This document shows positions 37,347 to 46,807 of a stretch of 64,000 bases of DNA, piece by piece. The stretch lies in contig JAOZFG010000004.1 of the NCBI GenBank assembly GCA_027491435.1, forward strand, positions 192,001 to 256,000, in the 5' to 3' direction. The DNA comes from Thermoproteota archaeon. GTDB lineage: Archaea; Korarchaeota; Korarchaeia; Korarchaeales; Korarchaeaceae. Made by a program: the position numbers and the translations under genes. How positions within the stretch are numbered: the stretch's first letter is position 1; the number at the start of each line of letters is the position of its first letter. A model generated the notes under the pieces. The model saw nothing but the letters and a program-made list of their open reading frames with translations. It was not told the origin of the DNA and did no database searches.

Positions 37347-38534
37347 ATGGAGGTGGGCGAGGTTTACATAGTAGGCATGGCTAGAACTCCCATAGGGAAG
37401 TTCGGCAAATCCCTAGTTAAGTACTCGGCCACAGACCTTGGGGCCGTGGCGATATCCGCGGCCCTCAGGAGGAGTGGCCTAGATCCATCGGATGTGGATG
37501 AGGTGATAATGGGAAATGTTCTTCAAGCCCTATTGGGTCAGAACCCAGCTAGACAGGCTGCCTTAAAGGCAGGAATACCTGTACATGTCCCAGGGTACAC
37601 CGTCAACAAGGTGTGCGCGTCGAGCCTTAAAGCAGTCTCCCTGGCAGCCCAGAGCATAGCCTTAGGCGAGAACAGGGTAGTGGTAGCGGGCGGAATGGAA
37701 AGCATGAGCAACGCCCCCTATGCGCTACCTTCAGCCTGGAGGAGGGGGGTCAGATTCTCCTTCGCCGGCGAGAAGATTTACGACGTGATGATACACGACG
37801 GCTTGACGGACCCCCATACGGGTATGCTCATGGGCGAGGAGGCCGAGCTGACGGCGAGGAAGTGGGGGATAACCAGGGAGGAGTCGGATGAGTTCGCAGT
37901 GATGAGTCACATGAGGGCGGCCGAGGCCACGAAGAGAGGCTACTTCTCTAGGGAGATAGAGCCCATCAAGCGGGGAGACGAGGTGATTCTGGATTACGAC
38001 GAGGGAATAAGGCCTGACACTAGCATAGAGGCAGTAGCTAAGTTGAAACCCGTGTTCAGGCCGGACGGGATAATAACCGCAGCTAATGCCTCTCAGCTGA
38101 GCGACGGGGCTGCCGCCTTGGTGCTAGCCTCCAAAGAGGTTGTAGAGGAGAAAGGGCTCAGACCTCTGGCTAGGATACTAGGGTACGCCTCTGCCTCGGT
38201 GGAGCCCCAGGACTTCGTTGAAGCTCCCATATACGCCACTAAAAAACTGTTAAACAGGCTTAACATGAACATAAATGAATTCGATCTCATAGAGGACAAT
38301 GAGGCCTTTGCTCTAGCGGTCTTAGTGGTGGCGCGCGGCCTCGGAATCTCCTTGGATAAAGTCAACGTGTTCGGCGGAGCGGTTGCCTTGGGACACCCAA
38401 TAGGGGCTAGCGGGGCTAGGATACTAGTAACGTTAATAAACGCTCTGTCCATCAGGGGAGGTAAGAAGGGCCTAGCCACCATATGCCACGGCGGCGGAGG
38501 CGCCCACAGCTTGGCAATAGAGCTAGTGACTTAG
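37347..38534 (+). CDS. Acetyl-CoA C-acyltransferase (bacterial-type thiolase)
   Basis: NKVCASS, GGMESMS, NEAF, GHPIGASG and CHGGG motifs. Confidence 0.93.
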   Translation: MEVGEVYIVGMARTPIGKFGKSLVKYSATDLGAVAISAALRRSGLDPSDVDEVIMGNVLQALLGQNPARQAALKAGIPVHVPGYTVNKVCASSLKAVSLAAQSIALGENRVVVAGGMESMSNAPYALPSAWRRGVRFSFAGEKIYDVMIHDGLTDPHTGMLMGEEAELTARKWGITREESDEFAVMSHMRAAEATKRGYFSREIEPIKRGDEVILDYDEGIRPDTSIEAVAKLKPVFRPDGIITAANASQLSDGAAALVLASKEVVEEKGLRPLARILGYASASVEPQDFVEAPIYATKKLLNRLNMNINEFDLIEDNEAFALAVLVVARGLGISLDKVNVFGGAVALGHPIGASGARILVTLINALSIRGGKKGLATICHGGGGAHSLAIELVT

Positions 38535-38607
38535 ACAAATGTCGTTTTTTCCACGTACAATAAACGTTTTTATAGAGGAGCCGCTGGATATGGTCAAGGT
38601 GAGATTC

Positions 38608-38811
38608 ATGAACCAGCAGGTGACGCTGAGCGTTGAGAGAGATCTCATCGATGCCATCGATGCTCTCGTAGCTGAGGGGATGTTTAAGAGTAGATCTGAG
38701 GCCATAAAGGCTGCTCTCTTAGGCTTCATAAGGACTAAGAACGCTGAAAGGGTTAAGGAGCTTTTCGAGCAGGCCATTGATGATGTTATTTCCGATTACA
38801 GGAGGAAGTAG
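38608..38811 (+). CDS. Ribbon-helix-helix (CopG family) DNA-binding protein
   Basis: VTLSV...LID.ID.LV..G.FKSRSEAI; SD AGGTGA before ATG 38608. Confidence 0.85.
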   Translation: MNQQVTLSVERDLIDAIDALVAEGMFKSRSEAIKAALLGFIRTKNAERVKELFEQAIDDVISDYRRK

Positions 38812-38872
38812 GACCTATTTCACCTATCGTCAGCCTTGAGCTTTTTATTTTTCTCCACATTGAGGATTAGAG

Positions 38873-39514
38873 ATGCCCATCTCGATTAAGGGGTTCAGGT
38901 TAACCGCCTCCCTTGACCTTGATGAGGCCCTAGACAAGATGTCGAAATGGGCCGAGGTTCAGGAGAGAGAAGGGTTTAAGCTGACGACAAATTTCGAGGA
39001 ACTTGTCCTGGGGGATTACTATTTGCAGGGAGTCCTCCTCAAAGATTCTTTAAGGACTAATAGGAGCAGGTTAGGGACTCAGAGGGTCATCGTGACGGAA
39101 TCACACCCATTCAGAATATCAGAAGTTGACGACTCTCGCTACGTGATGATCTCATCTAACAGGAAGCAAGCCTACAACCTCGCCTCCAAGATCCTCTCTC
39201 CCTTGAAACTGATCGGAGAGCTAGAGGATTGCGTGATATCGGAGCTCGAATCCTTGGGATCAGACTATAGGGCGGTACACCTCTCCGGGGTTGGCGGCCT
39301 ATCCAGGCTAGTGATGGTAGGGCGCTCAGTTGACGCCACATTCATTTACAGAGAGCTCTCCAAAGGGGCGAGGATAACTTACGTTCAGTTTTACGATGAC
39401 GAGTTGGGGGCAACCGTGGGAGTAAGCTGGGACATGTCGATCCTCATATTCTCTAGGGTCGATTTAGATGCTGCCTTCAACTACGTAGAGGGATTAATGG
39501 GCAGGCTGTGTTAA
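38873..39514 (+). CDS. Hypothetical protein
   Basis: 213-aa ORF with SD GAGG and typical codon use; no recognised motif. Confidence 0.7.
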   Translation: MPISIKGFRLTASLDLDEALDKMSKWAEVQEREGFKLTTNFEELVLGDYYLQGVLLKDSLRTNRSRLGTQRVIVTESHPFRISEVDDSRYVMISSNRKQAYNLASKILSPLKLIGELEDCVISELESLGSDYRAVHLSGVGGLSRLVMVGRSVDATFIYRELSKGARITYVQFYDDELGATVGVSWDMSILIFSRVDLDAAFNYVEGLMGRLC

Positions 39515-39545
39515 CCTTTTAGGGAGGGTAATTCCTTCTCCCCCT

Positions 39546-39788
39546 ATGGAACTCAGGTTACAGAGGGGCCCCCTAACGGTGAAATGCGAGCTAAATGAAA
39601 ATATCTTAAGATTAATCCTGTATAGAGGATCAAGAATAGGACTCAGAATCCATGAAAGGTTAAAGAACGTGTTGAAGGATGTGAGGGAGCTCAGGTCCAG
39701 GCCGAGGTGGCTAGGGGAGGATAGCGATTCTCTCATCAGGGAGTGCCTGCTGAAACTAGAGGAGATGATCAGGGATGAGGAAGGCTAA
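39546..39788 (+). CDS. Small hypothetical protein
   Basis: 80-aa ORF overlapping the next gene. Confidence 0.55.
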   Translation: MELRLQRGPLTVKCELNENILRLILYRGSRIGLRIHERLKNVLKDVRELRSRPRWLGEDSDSLIRECLLKLEEMIRDEEG

Positions 39789-40065
39789 GCTACTAAAGAA
39801 GATAAGCATGATATGCGTCGGAGCAAACAGAGTTGACTCTTATGAGGCCGAAGGTTATGTGGTGAGGGACGGCTCCAGGTATCTCACGTTCATTGTGGAG
39901 AAAGAGCGGGATAAAACTGAGAAGGTCTTGGGAGTGTGGTTTGGGGAGTTCTCCAGCCTGGACGAGGCCCTTAAGACCATGAGGAACATCCAATACGATT
40001 TAGGAAGGATGAATGACAGGGGCTTCGGTTGTCATGAGGCCATCGACTACTCCAATGACGCATAA
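39775..40065 (+). CDS. Small hypothetical protein
   Basis: 96-aa ORF with SD-like GGAG/AGGG upstream. Confidence 0.6.
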   Translation: MRKAKLLKKISMICVGANRVDSYEAEGYVVRDGSRYLTFIVEKERDKTEKVLGVWFGEFSSLDEALKTMRNIQYDLGRMNDRGFGCHEAIDYSNDA

Positions 40066-40115
40066 CTTTATTAACGCGTCGAGGGTAAAGTTGCAATTCG
40101 TAACGGGCGAGTCGT

Positions 40116-40520
40116 ATGTCTGTCGAGAAGAAGGTATCTGATTTGAAGCCCGGCGAGGACGGAGTCAACCTGAAAGTCCGAGTTTTAAGCGTTGGCGAGT
40201 CAAGGGTTGTCGAGACGAGGAGTGGCCCGAGAACCCTCTCTGAGGCTATTGTAGGGGACGAAACTGGTAGAGTTACCCTCACCCTCTGGGGAGATCACGC
40301 GGGTGCGCTTGAAGAAGGTCAGGCTGTGGAGGTTCAGAACGCCTTCACCACAGTCTTCAGGGGAAAGGTTCAGCTCAACGTAGGCAGGAGGGGTAAACTC
40401 GAACAAATAGATGATTCGGAAGTGGTATCAGCTGAAGAAGTTCCTGAGAGCTTTCCTGAGGCTCCCGACGGGTATAGACCCTACAAGAGAAGGTATGGGG
40501 GTTACCGGAAGAGGTGGTAA
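40116..40520 (+). CDS. ssb: Single-stranded DNA-binding protein (single OB fold, crenarchaeal type)
   Basis: V.DLKPG...VNL.V.V, A.VGDETG.V.LTLW and F.G..QLN.G motifs; basic/aromatic tail. Confidence 0.88.
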   Translation: MSVEKKVSDLKPGEDGVNLKVRVLSVGESRVVETRSGPRTLSEAIVGDETGRVTLTLWGDHAGALEEGQAVEVQNAFTTVFRGKVQLNVGRRGKLEQIDDSEVVSAEEVPESFPEAPDGYRPYKRRYGGYRKRW

Positions 40521-40578
40521 CTCCCCTCTCTTTTTAAGTTCGATCCCACTACCTAACAGCTAAAACTTAAGTTATTCA

Positions 40579-41883
40579 GTGGGGCACCCATCAAGGGTGT
40601 TTCAACTGGTTAACGTGGAGTTCGCAGAATGGACCAAGCTGATACCAGAATCTGAGATTAGGAGGCTCCTCAGGTATAAAGTGAAGTATTACTTTGCTGG
40701 AGGCAAGCCAGGAGTTTTACCCCTCGGCGCGTTTCCACTAATAATGATGGAGATAGCCAAGGCGGAGCTTGAAGCTATATTCTCGGGTCACGAGAAGAGG
40801 GTGATCGACGATTACAATTACGGACCAACTGAGGGGCTTCCAGAGGTCAGGAAGGTTATGGCTAGGATAATGAGGGAAAGGGACGGCCTAGATCTGGATC
40901 CCGAAGAGGGTTGGAAGGACGTGCTCATCACTACTGGATCACAGCAGGCGATACACCTTATAATGGACGTTCTTACGAACCCTGGAGACCTTGTGGTTGT
41001 CCCTCAGCCCGTCTACTTGGGCTTCGTCAACGTGGTCAGCAAGTTCCTATCCAACGTGATAACAGTTCCCTCAGATCTCAATGGAGTAATTCCTGAGTAC
41101 GTTGAGGAGGCGATTACAGCGGCTGAGAAGCAGTTGGGCAAGAAGCCTAAGATGGTTTACGTGGTTCCGGACTCGGACAACCCTTCGGGGACTACCATGC
41201 CAGAGGACAGGAGGAGGAAGCTCTTGGACATAGTTAAGGACAAGGACATCTACCTGGTGGAGGACGCTGCCTATAGGGAGATACAGTTCAGGGGAGAGAA
41301 GCTCAAGCCGATAAGGCACCTGGATAAGGAGGGGACTCACGTGATATACTTGAGGTCCACAAGCAAGGAGGTCGCCGTGCTCAGGGTTGGCTACAGCTTG
41401 ATGCCTCCGGAGGTTAGGGAGCAGGTGATAAAAGCCAAGGGTTACAACGACCTGTGTACTCCAACCATAACTCAGAAGATAGCGGCCCTCTACTACGAGA
41501 GGTACTTTGAGGAGTACATAAAGAAGGTCAGAGAGGGCTACAGGAAGAGGTACGAGGCCATGGCCAAGGCGATAGATGAAAACTTCCCGGAGGGCATTAG
41601 GACTGATCCAACAGGGGGCTTCTTCATATGGTGGATCTCCGAAAACAAGGAGTTCGACGCTAAGAAGTTCTTGGAGGAGGTGGCCATACCAAACGAAGTA
41701 CTTTATGTCCCTGGAGAGGCCTTCTACCCAATAAAGGGGTACTCTTACGACCCGGAGAGCGGCAAGCTAGTCAATGCCACGAGGAAGAAGAACGAGATGA
41801 GGTTAAGCTACTCCTACTCCACCGTGGAGGAGATAGAGGAGGGCATCTCCTTCCTAGGGAGGCTGCTCAGGCAGCACTCCTAA
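40579..41883 (+). CDS. PLP-dependent class I aminotransferase (start uncertain: GTG 40579, CTG 40606 or GTG 40615)
   Basis: SEIR.L, FAGG.P, YGPTEG, TTGSQQ, NPSG, ED.AY, STSK...LRVG and RLSYS motifs. Confidence 0.9.
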   Translation: MGHPSRVFQLVNVEFAEWTKLIPESEIRRLLRYKVKYYFAGGKPGVLPLGAFPLIMMEIAKAELEAIFSGHEKRVIDDYNYGPTEGLPEVRKVMARIMRERDGLDLDPEEGWKDVLITTGSQQAIHLIMDVLTNPGDLVVVPQPVYLGFVNVVSKFLSNVITVPSDLNGVIPEYVEEAITAAEKQLGKKPKMVYVVPDSDNPSGTTMPEDRRRKLLDIVKDKDIYLVEDAAYREIQFRGEKLKPIRHLDKEGTHVIYLRSTSKEVAVLRVGYSLMPPEVREQVIKAKGYNDLCTPTITQKIAALYYERYFEEYIKKVREGYRKRYEAMAKAIDENFPEGIRTDPTGGFFIWWISENKEFDAKKFLEEVAIPNEVLYVPGEAFYPIKGYSYDPESGKLVNATRKKNEMRLSYSYSTVEEIEEGISFLGRLLRQHS

Positions 41884-41966
41884 CACCACAAAATTTTTAA
41901 CGACCGTTTTCCCGGCCGGATAACTATAAATTAAAGCCTTTTCCTTTTCCTGAGGGGGTAACCCCG

Positions 41967-42845
41967 ATGAGTGACTTGAGAGAGTCTCTTATCAATGGAG
42001 TGTTCGAGATGATGAAACTCGCTGCTTTTAACGTCCCCGACGACGTTAAAAATGCCCTTAAGAGGGCATATGAGATAGAAGATAACCCAGTAGCCAAGGC
42101 CAACCTAGGCGCCATCGTTAGGAACTTGGAAGTAGCGTCAACCGAGAGGATACCCATATGTCAGGACACAGGTACACCAACTTTCTTTGTGGAGCTGGGC
42201 GAGGACTTCCCGTTGAAAGCAGGTCTCAGGGAGATAATTGAACAGGCAACCGTAAAGGCTACCCAGGAGATCCCCCTGAGACCTAACGCAGTTAATCCCT
42301 GGACTTATGAGAACTCAGGGAACAACGTTGGGAGGTTCGTCCCAATCATACACTGGGAGGTGGTACCCGGAGATGAGCTGAAGATAACATACCTGGCTAA
42401 GGGAGGGGGTAGCGAGAACACCAGCAAACTGTACATGTTAAGCCCAGTTCTCGGACTTAAGGGTATAAAGAAGGCTGTAATAGACGCTGTTGTGGAAGCG
42501 GGCCCCAAACCATGTCCACCGATAATAGTGGGCGTGGGAGTGGGCGGAGGAGCCGATATGGCCATGAAGTTAGCTAAGAAGGCCACTCTCAGGAGGTTAG
42601 ATGACAAGAACCCAGATCCCAAGCTGGCAGAGCTTGAAGAGGAGCTCCTACATAAGATAAACTCCTTAGGCCTCGGACCTATGGGCCTAGGTGGAAAGAC
42701 CTACGCCTTAGCTGTCAAAATAGAGTGGGCCCACAAACACCCTGCCAGCTTGCCAGTGGGCATATCCACCTTGTGTTGGGCAGCTAGGAAGTCCATAGCC
42801 GTGTTCAAACCGGATGGAAGCATGAAGGTGCTTATGCCTCCATGA
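41967..42845 (+). CDS. Class I fumarate hydratase/tartrate dehydratase alpha subunit
   Basis: PICQDTG, KGGGSEN, GPKPCPP, G.GPMGLGG, HPAS.PV and CWA motifs. Confidence 0.92.
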   Translation: MSDLRESLINGVFEMMKLAAFNVPDDVKNALKRAYEIEDNPVAKANLGAIVRNLEVASTERIPICQDTGTPTFFVELGEDFPLKAGLREIIEQATVKATQEIPLRPNAVNPWTYENSGNNVGRFVPIIHWEVVPGDELKITYLAKGGGSENTSKLYMLSPVLGLKGIKKAVIDAVVEAGPKPCPPIIVGVGVGGGADMAMKLAKKATLRRLDDKNPDPKLAELEEELLHKINSLGLGPMGLGGKTYALAVKIEWAHKHPASLPVGISTLCWAARKSIAVFKPDGSMKVLMPP

Positions 42846-42857
42846 GAGGTGATGGTT

Positions 42858-43457
42858 ATGGCCGAGTATAGGTTGAAGACTCCCTTATCGGAGGAGGATG
42901 TTAGGCAGCTCAAGGTTGGTGATATAGTCTACATATCCGGGATAATAGTTACGGGCAGGGATCAGGTTCACAGGAGGGCCTTAGAGCTAGCAGCAAAAGG
43001 GGAGAAAGACAAGGTTCCAGTTAACCTTGAAGGGGCAGTCCTCTATCACTGCGGTCCCATAGTTAAGAAGGTGGACGGTGAGTGGAAGATATTCGGGTTC
43101 GGCCCAACCACTAGCGCTAGGATGGAGAGCGTAGAGGCCGATTTCATAAAGGAGTTTGGGGTTAGGGCGATAATAGGTAAAGGAGGGATGTTCGAGAGGA
43201 CTACTCAAGCCATGAAGGAGTACGGGGCAGTTTACCTCGCTCACCCAGGGGGCGTGTCTGCGGTGGCCACTAAATCAGTCAAGAGGGTGATAGACGTCCA
43301 CTGGCTTGATCTTGGCACTCCAGAGGCTATGTGGGTAGTTGAGGTGGAGAACTTCGGTCCTACAATGGTTGCCATAGACTCTCACGGGAACAACCTGTTC
43401 CTGGACGTCATGAACAAGGCCAAGGAGAAAGTCCAGGAAGTCTATAAGACCCTCTAA
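42858..43457 (+). CDS. Class I fumarate hydratase/tartrate dehydratase beta subunit
   Basis: TGRD..H, HCGP, GPTTSARM, IGKGG, LG.PEA and DSHGN motifs. Confidence 0.92.
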   Translation: MAEYRLKTPLSEEDVRQLKVGDIVYISGIIVTGRDQVHRRALELAAKGEKDKVPVNLEGAVLYHCGPIVKKVDGEWKIFGFGPTTSARMESVEADFIKEFGVRAIIGKGGMFERTTQAMKEYGAVYLAHPGGVSAVATKSVKRVIDVHWLDLGTPEAMWVVEVENFGPTMVAIDSHGNNLFLDVMNKAKEKVQEVYKTL

Positions 43458-43492
43458 CACCCATTTTTATATTTCTGACAATTTTACTCGCG

Positions 43493-44413
43493 ATGAAGGT
43501 AAGGCCCATTCTAGTGATCTTGCTGTTGTTGCCCTTTGTTGAACTCGGAGCCTCAGGACCTGAGATAATAGATGAGATAGACGCTCGTGACGGGTTGATT
43601 GCAGTTGTTTACGTGAGGGATGGGCTAAAGCAGCTAGTAGTTTACAGGGACTCTAGAGCTATCTGGAGCTCGGCAAGGTACAGGCACTTAGAGTTCAACT
43701 GGTCGTCCAAAGGGGTTTTAGCGGTGAGGCTTTGTGAGGAACCATGTTACAACATGAACAGGCAGATGGTGCAGGTGTTCGATCCTTACACTATGCTAAC
43801 CTGGAATTCCTCGGAGGGAAGGCTTACAAGGTTCTGGTGGTCCCCTACAGGGAAGCTAGCCGTGGTCATATGGAGAAGTCCCTGTGGAGATTACAGAGAA
43901 CACTGGATAGAAGTTTACGACCCCTCCACTGGCAGGGTCAGCAGGTCTGAGATGAAGGGATACCTCTACGTTACCTGGTCCCCAGATGGAAACCTCGTAG
44001 CGGCTACAGTTAAGGGGAAGAAAGGTTACTACGTGGAGGTGATGGACTCTCACTTAAACAGTTTATGGAAGAGTTACGAGGCCGGAATTGCCGACTTCAG
44101 GTGGTCTAACGACGGTAAACTTGCGGTAAGGCTTCAAGAAAACGGAACTCAATGGTTAGAAGTCTACATCAGGGGCACAACTTGGAGATCTGAGAGGGCT
44201 AGGGAGGTCAGGTACGACTGGACTGAGGACGGCAGGCTAATCTACTCCCTAGACGGAGAACTCAGGGTGGAGGACTTCTTAGGATCAGATCTGCTGTTCT
44301 TGGCCCTAGCCGTCATAATTCTGTTGGCAATAGCCTTAGCATCCGTCAAGCTGATCAACAGGAAGATAGGCATATCTTGTCCAGAAGAAGGGGGTGTGGA
44401 ACTCCCCTGCTAA
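43493..44413 (+). CDS. Secreted, C-terminally anchored beta-propeller-like repeat protein
   Basis: Signal peptide; five W.S...F.WS.DG.LAV repeats; C-terminal TM helix. Confidence 0.7.
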   Translation: MKVRPILVILLLLPFVELGASGPEIIDEIDARDGLIAVVYVRDGLKQLVVYRDSRAIWSSARYRHLEFNWSSKGVLAVRLCEEPCYNMNRQMVQVFDPYTMLTWNSSEGRLTRFWWSPTGKLAVVIWRSPCGDYREHWIEVYDPSTGRVSRSEMKGYLYVTWSPDGNLVAATVKGKKGYYVEVMDSHLNSLWKSYEAGIADFRWSNDGKLAVRLQENGTQWLEVYIRGTTWRSERAREVRYDWTEDGRLIYSLDGELRVEDFLGSDLLFLALAVIILLAIALASVKLINRKIGISCPEEGGVELPC

Positions 44414-44583
44414 TGTTTGACCCTTTCAACCCTAACTCTGCTCAACTTCTTAACTATAATTTCAGATACCGCCAGCAAGGCCGCCACCTCTTCCCTGTTC
44501 TCAAAGTGTATTTCTTCAAGCTTCTTCATGTACTCCCGAACCCTTCTGTTGAATAGACGTTCATCTCTACTCGTTAAATCCAT
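44410..44583 (-). CDS. 57-aa hypothetical protein (below the ORF-track cutoff)
   Basis: AGGTGA SD then ATG; MDLTSRDERLFNRRVREYMKKLEEIHFENREEVAALLAVSEIIVKKLSRVRVERVKH; fills an otherwise empty gap. Confidence 0.65.
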   Translation of the reverse strand: MDLTSRDERLFNRRVREYMKKLEEIHFENREEVAALLAVSEIIVKKLSRVRVERVKH

Positions 44584-44652
44584 GGTTCACCTCTAATATC
44601 ATACCCGGGTATCTCTAAAAAGGATTTCTAGGGAATTGGACGTTAAAATGAT

Positions 44653-45408
44653 CTATTTCGTTAAGTCACCATCTCTAGTTATCAGTTTACCTTCTGGCGT
44701 CAGGGCTATTTTTGGAAAAATATTGTTTGAATAAAGCCTCCTCTTAACCCCCTCATAAAGCACTATTATCTCAGGTTCGAAGCTCTCGACGAGCTCCTCG
44801 CTCAGGTTGGTCAGGATGCCAAGCAATCTAACTAACCTATCTTTACTTGTGAAGCTTACAACTGCTGAAACGTGCACGCTAACGCCGGCTTCTACCAAAT
44901 TTCTTACTCCCTCTATCTGCGACCAGAAGAACTCTGGCCTAGCTCCCGTAAGCCTAGAGAACTCCTCTGGGTTTGTCCCCTTTAGAGAGACCCTTACGTG
45001 TAGATTTTTGAACCCTGAAAGTTCACTCGCGTAGTTCCTATCTATCAGTATCCCATTGGTCTCCAAGATGAAGTGCAGGTCGGGAGGGACTTCCCTTAAT
45101 ACGGAGATTAGGTGCTCCTTGCCGATAGTGGGCTCAGCCCCGCTTATCCTTACCCTCTTGTAACCGCGCCTGCGGGCCCCTTCCGTTAGAATCTTAGCCA
45201 CTTCATGGCTGCCGTAAAACTTTCCCTGGGTCAGGTCGCTGGCGTACCTGTAGCTCCAGCAAAAGATGCACCTCAGATTACACCCCACAGCATCAGCAGT
45301 ATAAATCCCGCCATAGTACCTTGAAGGCCTGAACCTGTAGTACTTCCTCCGGTCACCCGAGACGACCTGTCTTTCCACCGCCCTCGCCAACTCTAGGGGG
45401 TCGTACAT
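44653..45408 (-). CDS. Radical SAM protein
   Basis: GCNLRCIFCW, RISGAEP, ETNG and RVSLKG motifs. Confidence 0.88.
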   Translation of the reverse strand: MYDPLELARAVERQVVSGDRRKYYRFRPSRYYGGIYTADAVGCNLRCIFCWSYRYASDLTQGKFYGSHEVAKILTEGARRRGYKRVRISGAEPTIGKEHLISVLREVPPDLHFILETNGILIDRNYASELSGFKNLHVRVSLKGTNPEEFSRLTGARPEFFWSQIEGVRNLVEAGVSVHVSAVVSFTSKDRLVRLLGILTNLSEELVESFEPEIIVLYEGVKRRLYSNNIFPKIALTPEGKLITRDGDLTK

Positions 45409-45409
45409 T

Positions 45410-46807
45410 CTAGAGCCTCTTGGCTATATCCCTTCCTATCCACACCCCTGAGGCGGCCGCTTGAACTAGGCCTCTAGACACGCCTGCCCCGTCCCCTCCG
45501 GCGTAAAGTCCTCTCACATTTCTAATCTCTAAGTTCTCCTTCAAATCAAGCTTGGCTGTGTGAAGCTTAACCTCTATTCCGTAAAGGAGCGTGTGATCAC
45601 TTGCTATCCCTGGCATTATCTCGTTTAACGCTTCTAGCATTTCTATCACGTCCTTAAGGTATCTGTAAGGCAGGACGAAGCTCAAATCTCCGGGGACAGC
45701 TGACTCCAGCGTGGGCCTGACTATGCTCCTTTTCAACCTCTCTTGAGTGGACCTCCTACCCCTCCTCAAATCTCCATACCTCTGAACCAGAGGTTGGTTC
45801 CCAGCTATGTTATTAGCCATCTTAGCTATGCTCAAGGCGTAGGATATGGTGTCCTTGTAAGGCTCGGTGAACTTGGTGGTAACCAGTATGGCGAAGTTCG
45901 TGTTGTCTGTCTTGTAATCCTCTCTAGCCATCCCGTTGACGGTGACTATTCCCCAATAGGATTCAGCGACTACAACTCCTCCTGGGTTAACGCAGAACAC
46001 CCTCACCCTATCGTCAAACGTTTCGCTGTAGTAGATCAACTTAGGCTCGTATAGCACGTCTGTGAACTCGCTCATCACCTCAGACGGGACCTCTACCCTA
46101 ACTCCGAGGTCTACTTTGCCCTCCTCAACTCTGATCCCCAACCTTTTAGCCTCTTTAACCAACCAGCTCGATCCAACCCTGCCAGGGGCCACCACTACGA
46201 ACCTGCTGGTGAGTTCCTGCCCGTCATTCAGGGTGACGCCCTTAACCACGCCTCCCTGGACGTTTATTCTCTCAACTCTCTTGTTGAAGATGAACTCCAC
46301 GTTAAGCCTCTTAAGCTCCCTCTTGAAGTTCTGAAGGACCCTGAACCCGCCATCGCTGCCCATGTGTCTTATCTTAAAGGGTATCAACAGCAGCCCATGT
46401 CTCAAGGCCTTTCTCCTCAGCCTCTCTACTTCCCTTTCGTCAGTCCCGTAGAGTTTTTGAGGGGCGCCCATCTCTAGAAATACCTTATCTACGTAGTTTA
46501 TCAGCTCTATAACTCTAGAATGGTCTCCTATAACTGTGTCAAGCTCGCCTCCCACCTCGGTGGTCAGGTTGAGCTTACCGTCGCTAAAGGTTCCCGCCCC
46601 GCCGAAGCCAGACACTATGTCGCATACGGGACAAGTTATACACCTTCCAACTTTGCTTATTGGGCAGTTCCTCCTCTCCAAATCCTTGCCCATCTCGATT
46701 ATCAACACCCTGGCGTCAGGCTTAGCCCTCTTTATCTCTAAAGCGGCGAAAAGTCCTGTAGGGCCGGCACCAACTATCAAGACGTCCCAGTCAACGTCCC
46801 CTTTCAA
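45410..46807 (-). CDS. NAD(P)/FAD-dependent oxidoreductase with Cys cluster (COG2509-like)
   Basis: GAGPTG, C.....C..C..C...GFGGAG.FSDGKL, FC.NP.G.V, LYG.EVK and GDGAG.SRGL motifs. Confidence 0.85.
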   Translation of the reverse strand: MKGDVDWDVLIVGAGPTGLFAALEIKRAKPDARVLIIEMGKDLERRNCPISKVGRCITCPVCDIVSGFGGAGTFSDGKLNLTTEVGGELDTVIGDHSRVIELINYVDKVFLEMGAPQKLYGTDEREVERLRRKALRHGLLLIPFKIRHMGSDGGFRVLQNFKRELKRLNVEFIFNKRVERINVQGGVVKGVTLNDGQELTSRFVVVAPGRVGSSWLVKEAKRLGIRVEEGKVDLGVRVEVPSEVMSEFTDVLYEPKLIYYSETFDDRVRVFCVNPGGVVVAESYWGIVTVNGMAREDYKTDNTNFAILVTTKFTEPYKDTISYALSIAKMANNIAGNQPLVQRYGDLRRGRRSTQERLKRSIVRPTLESAVPGDLSFVLPYRYLKDVIEMLEALNEIMPGIASDHTLLYGIEVKLHTAKLDLKENLEIRNVRGLYAGGDGAGVSRGLVQAAASGVWIGRDIAKRL

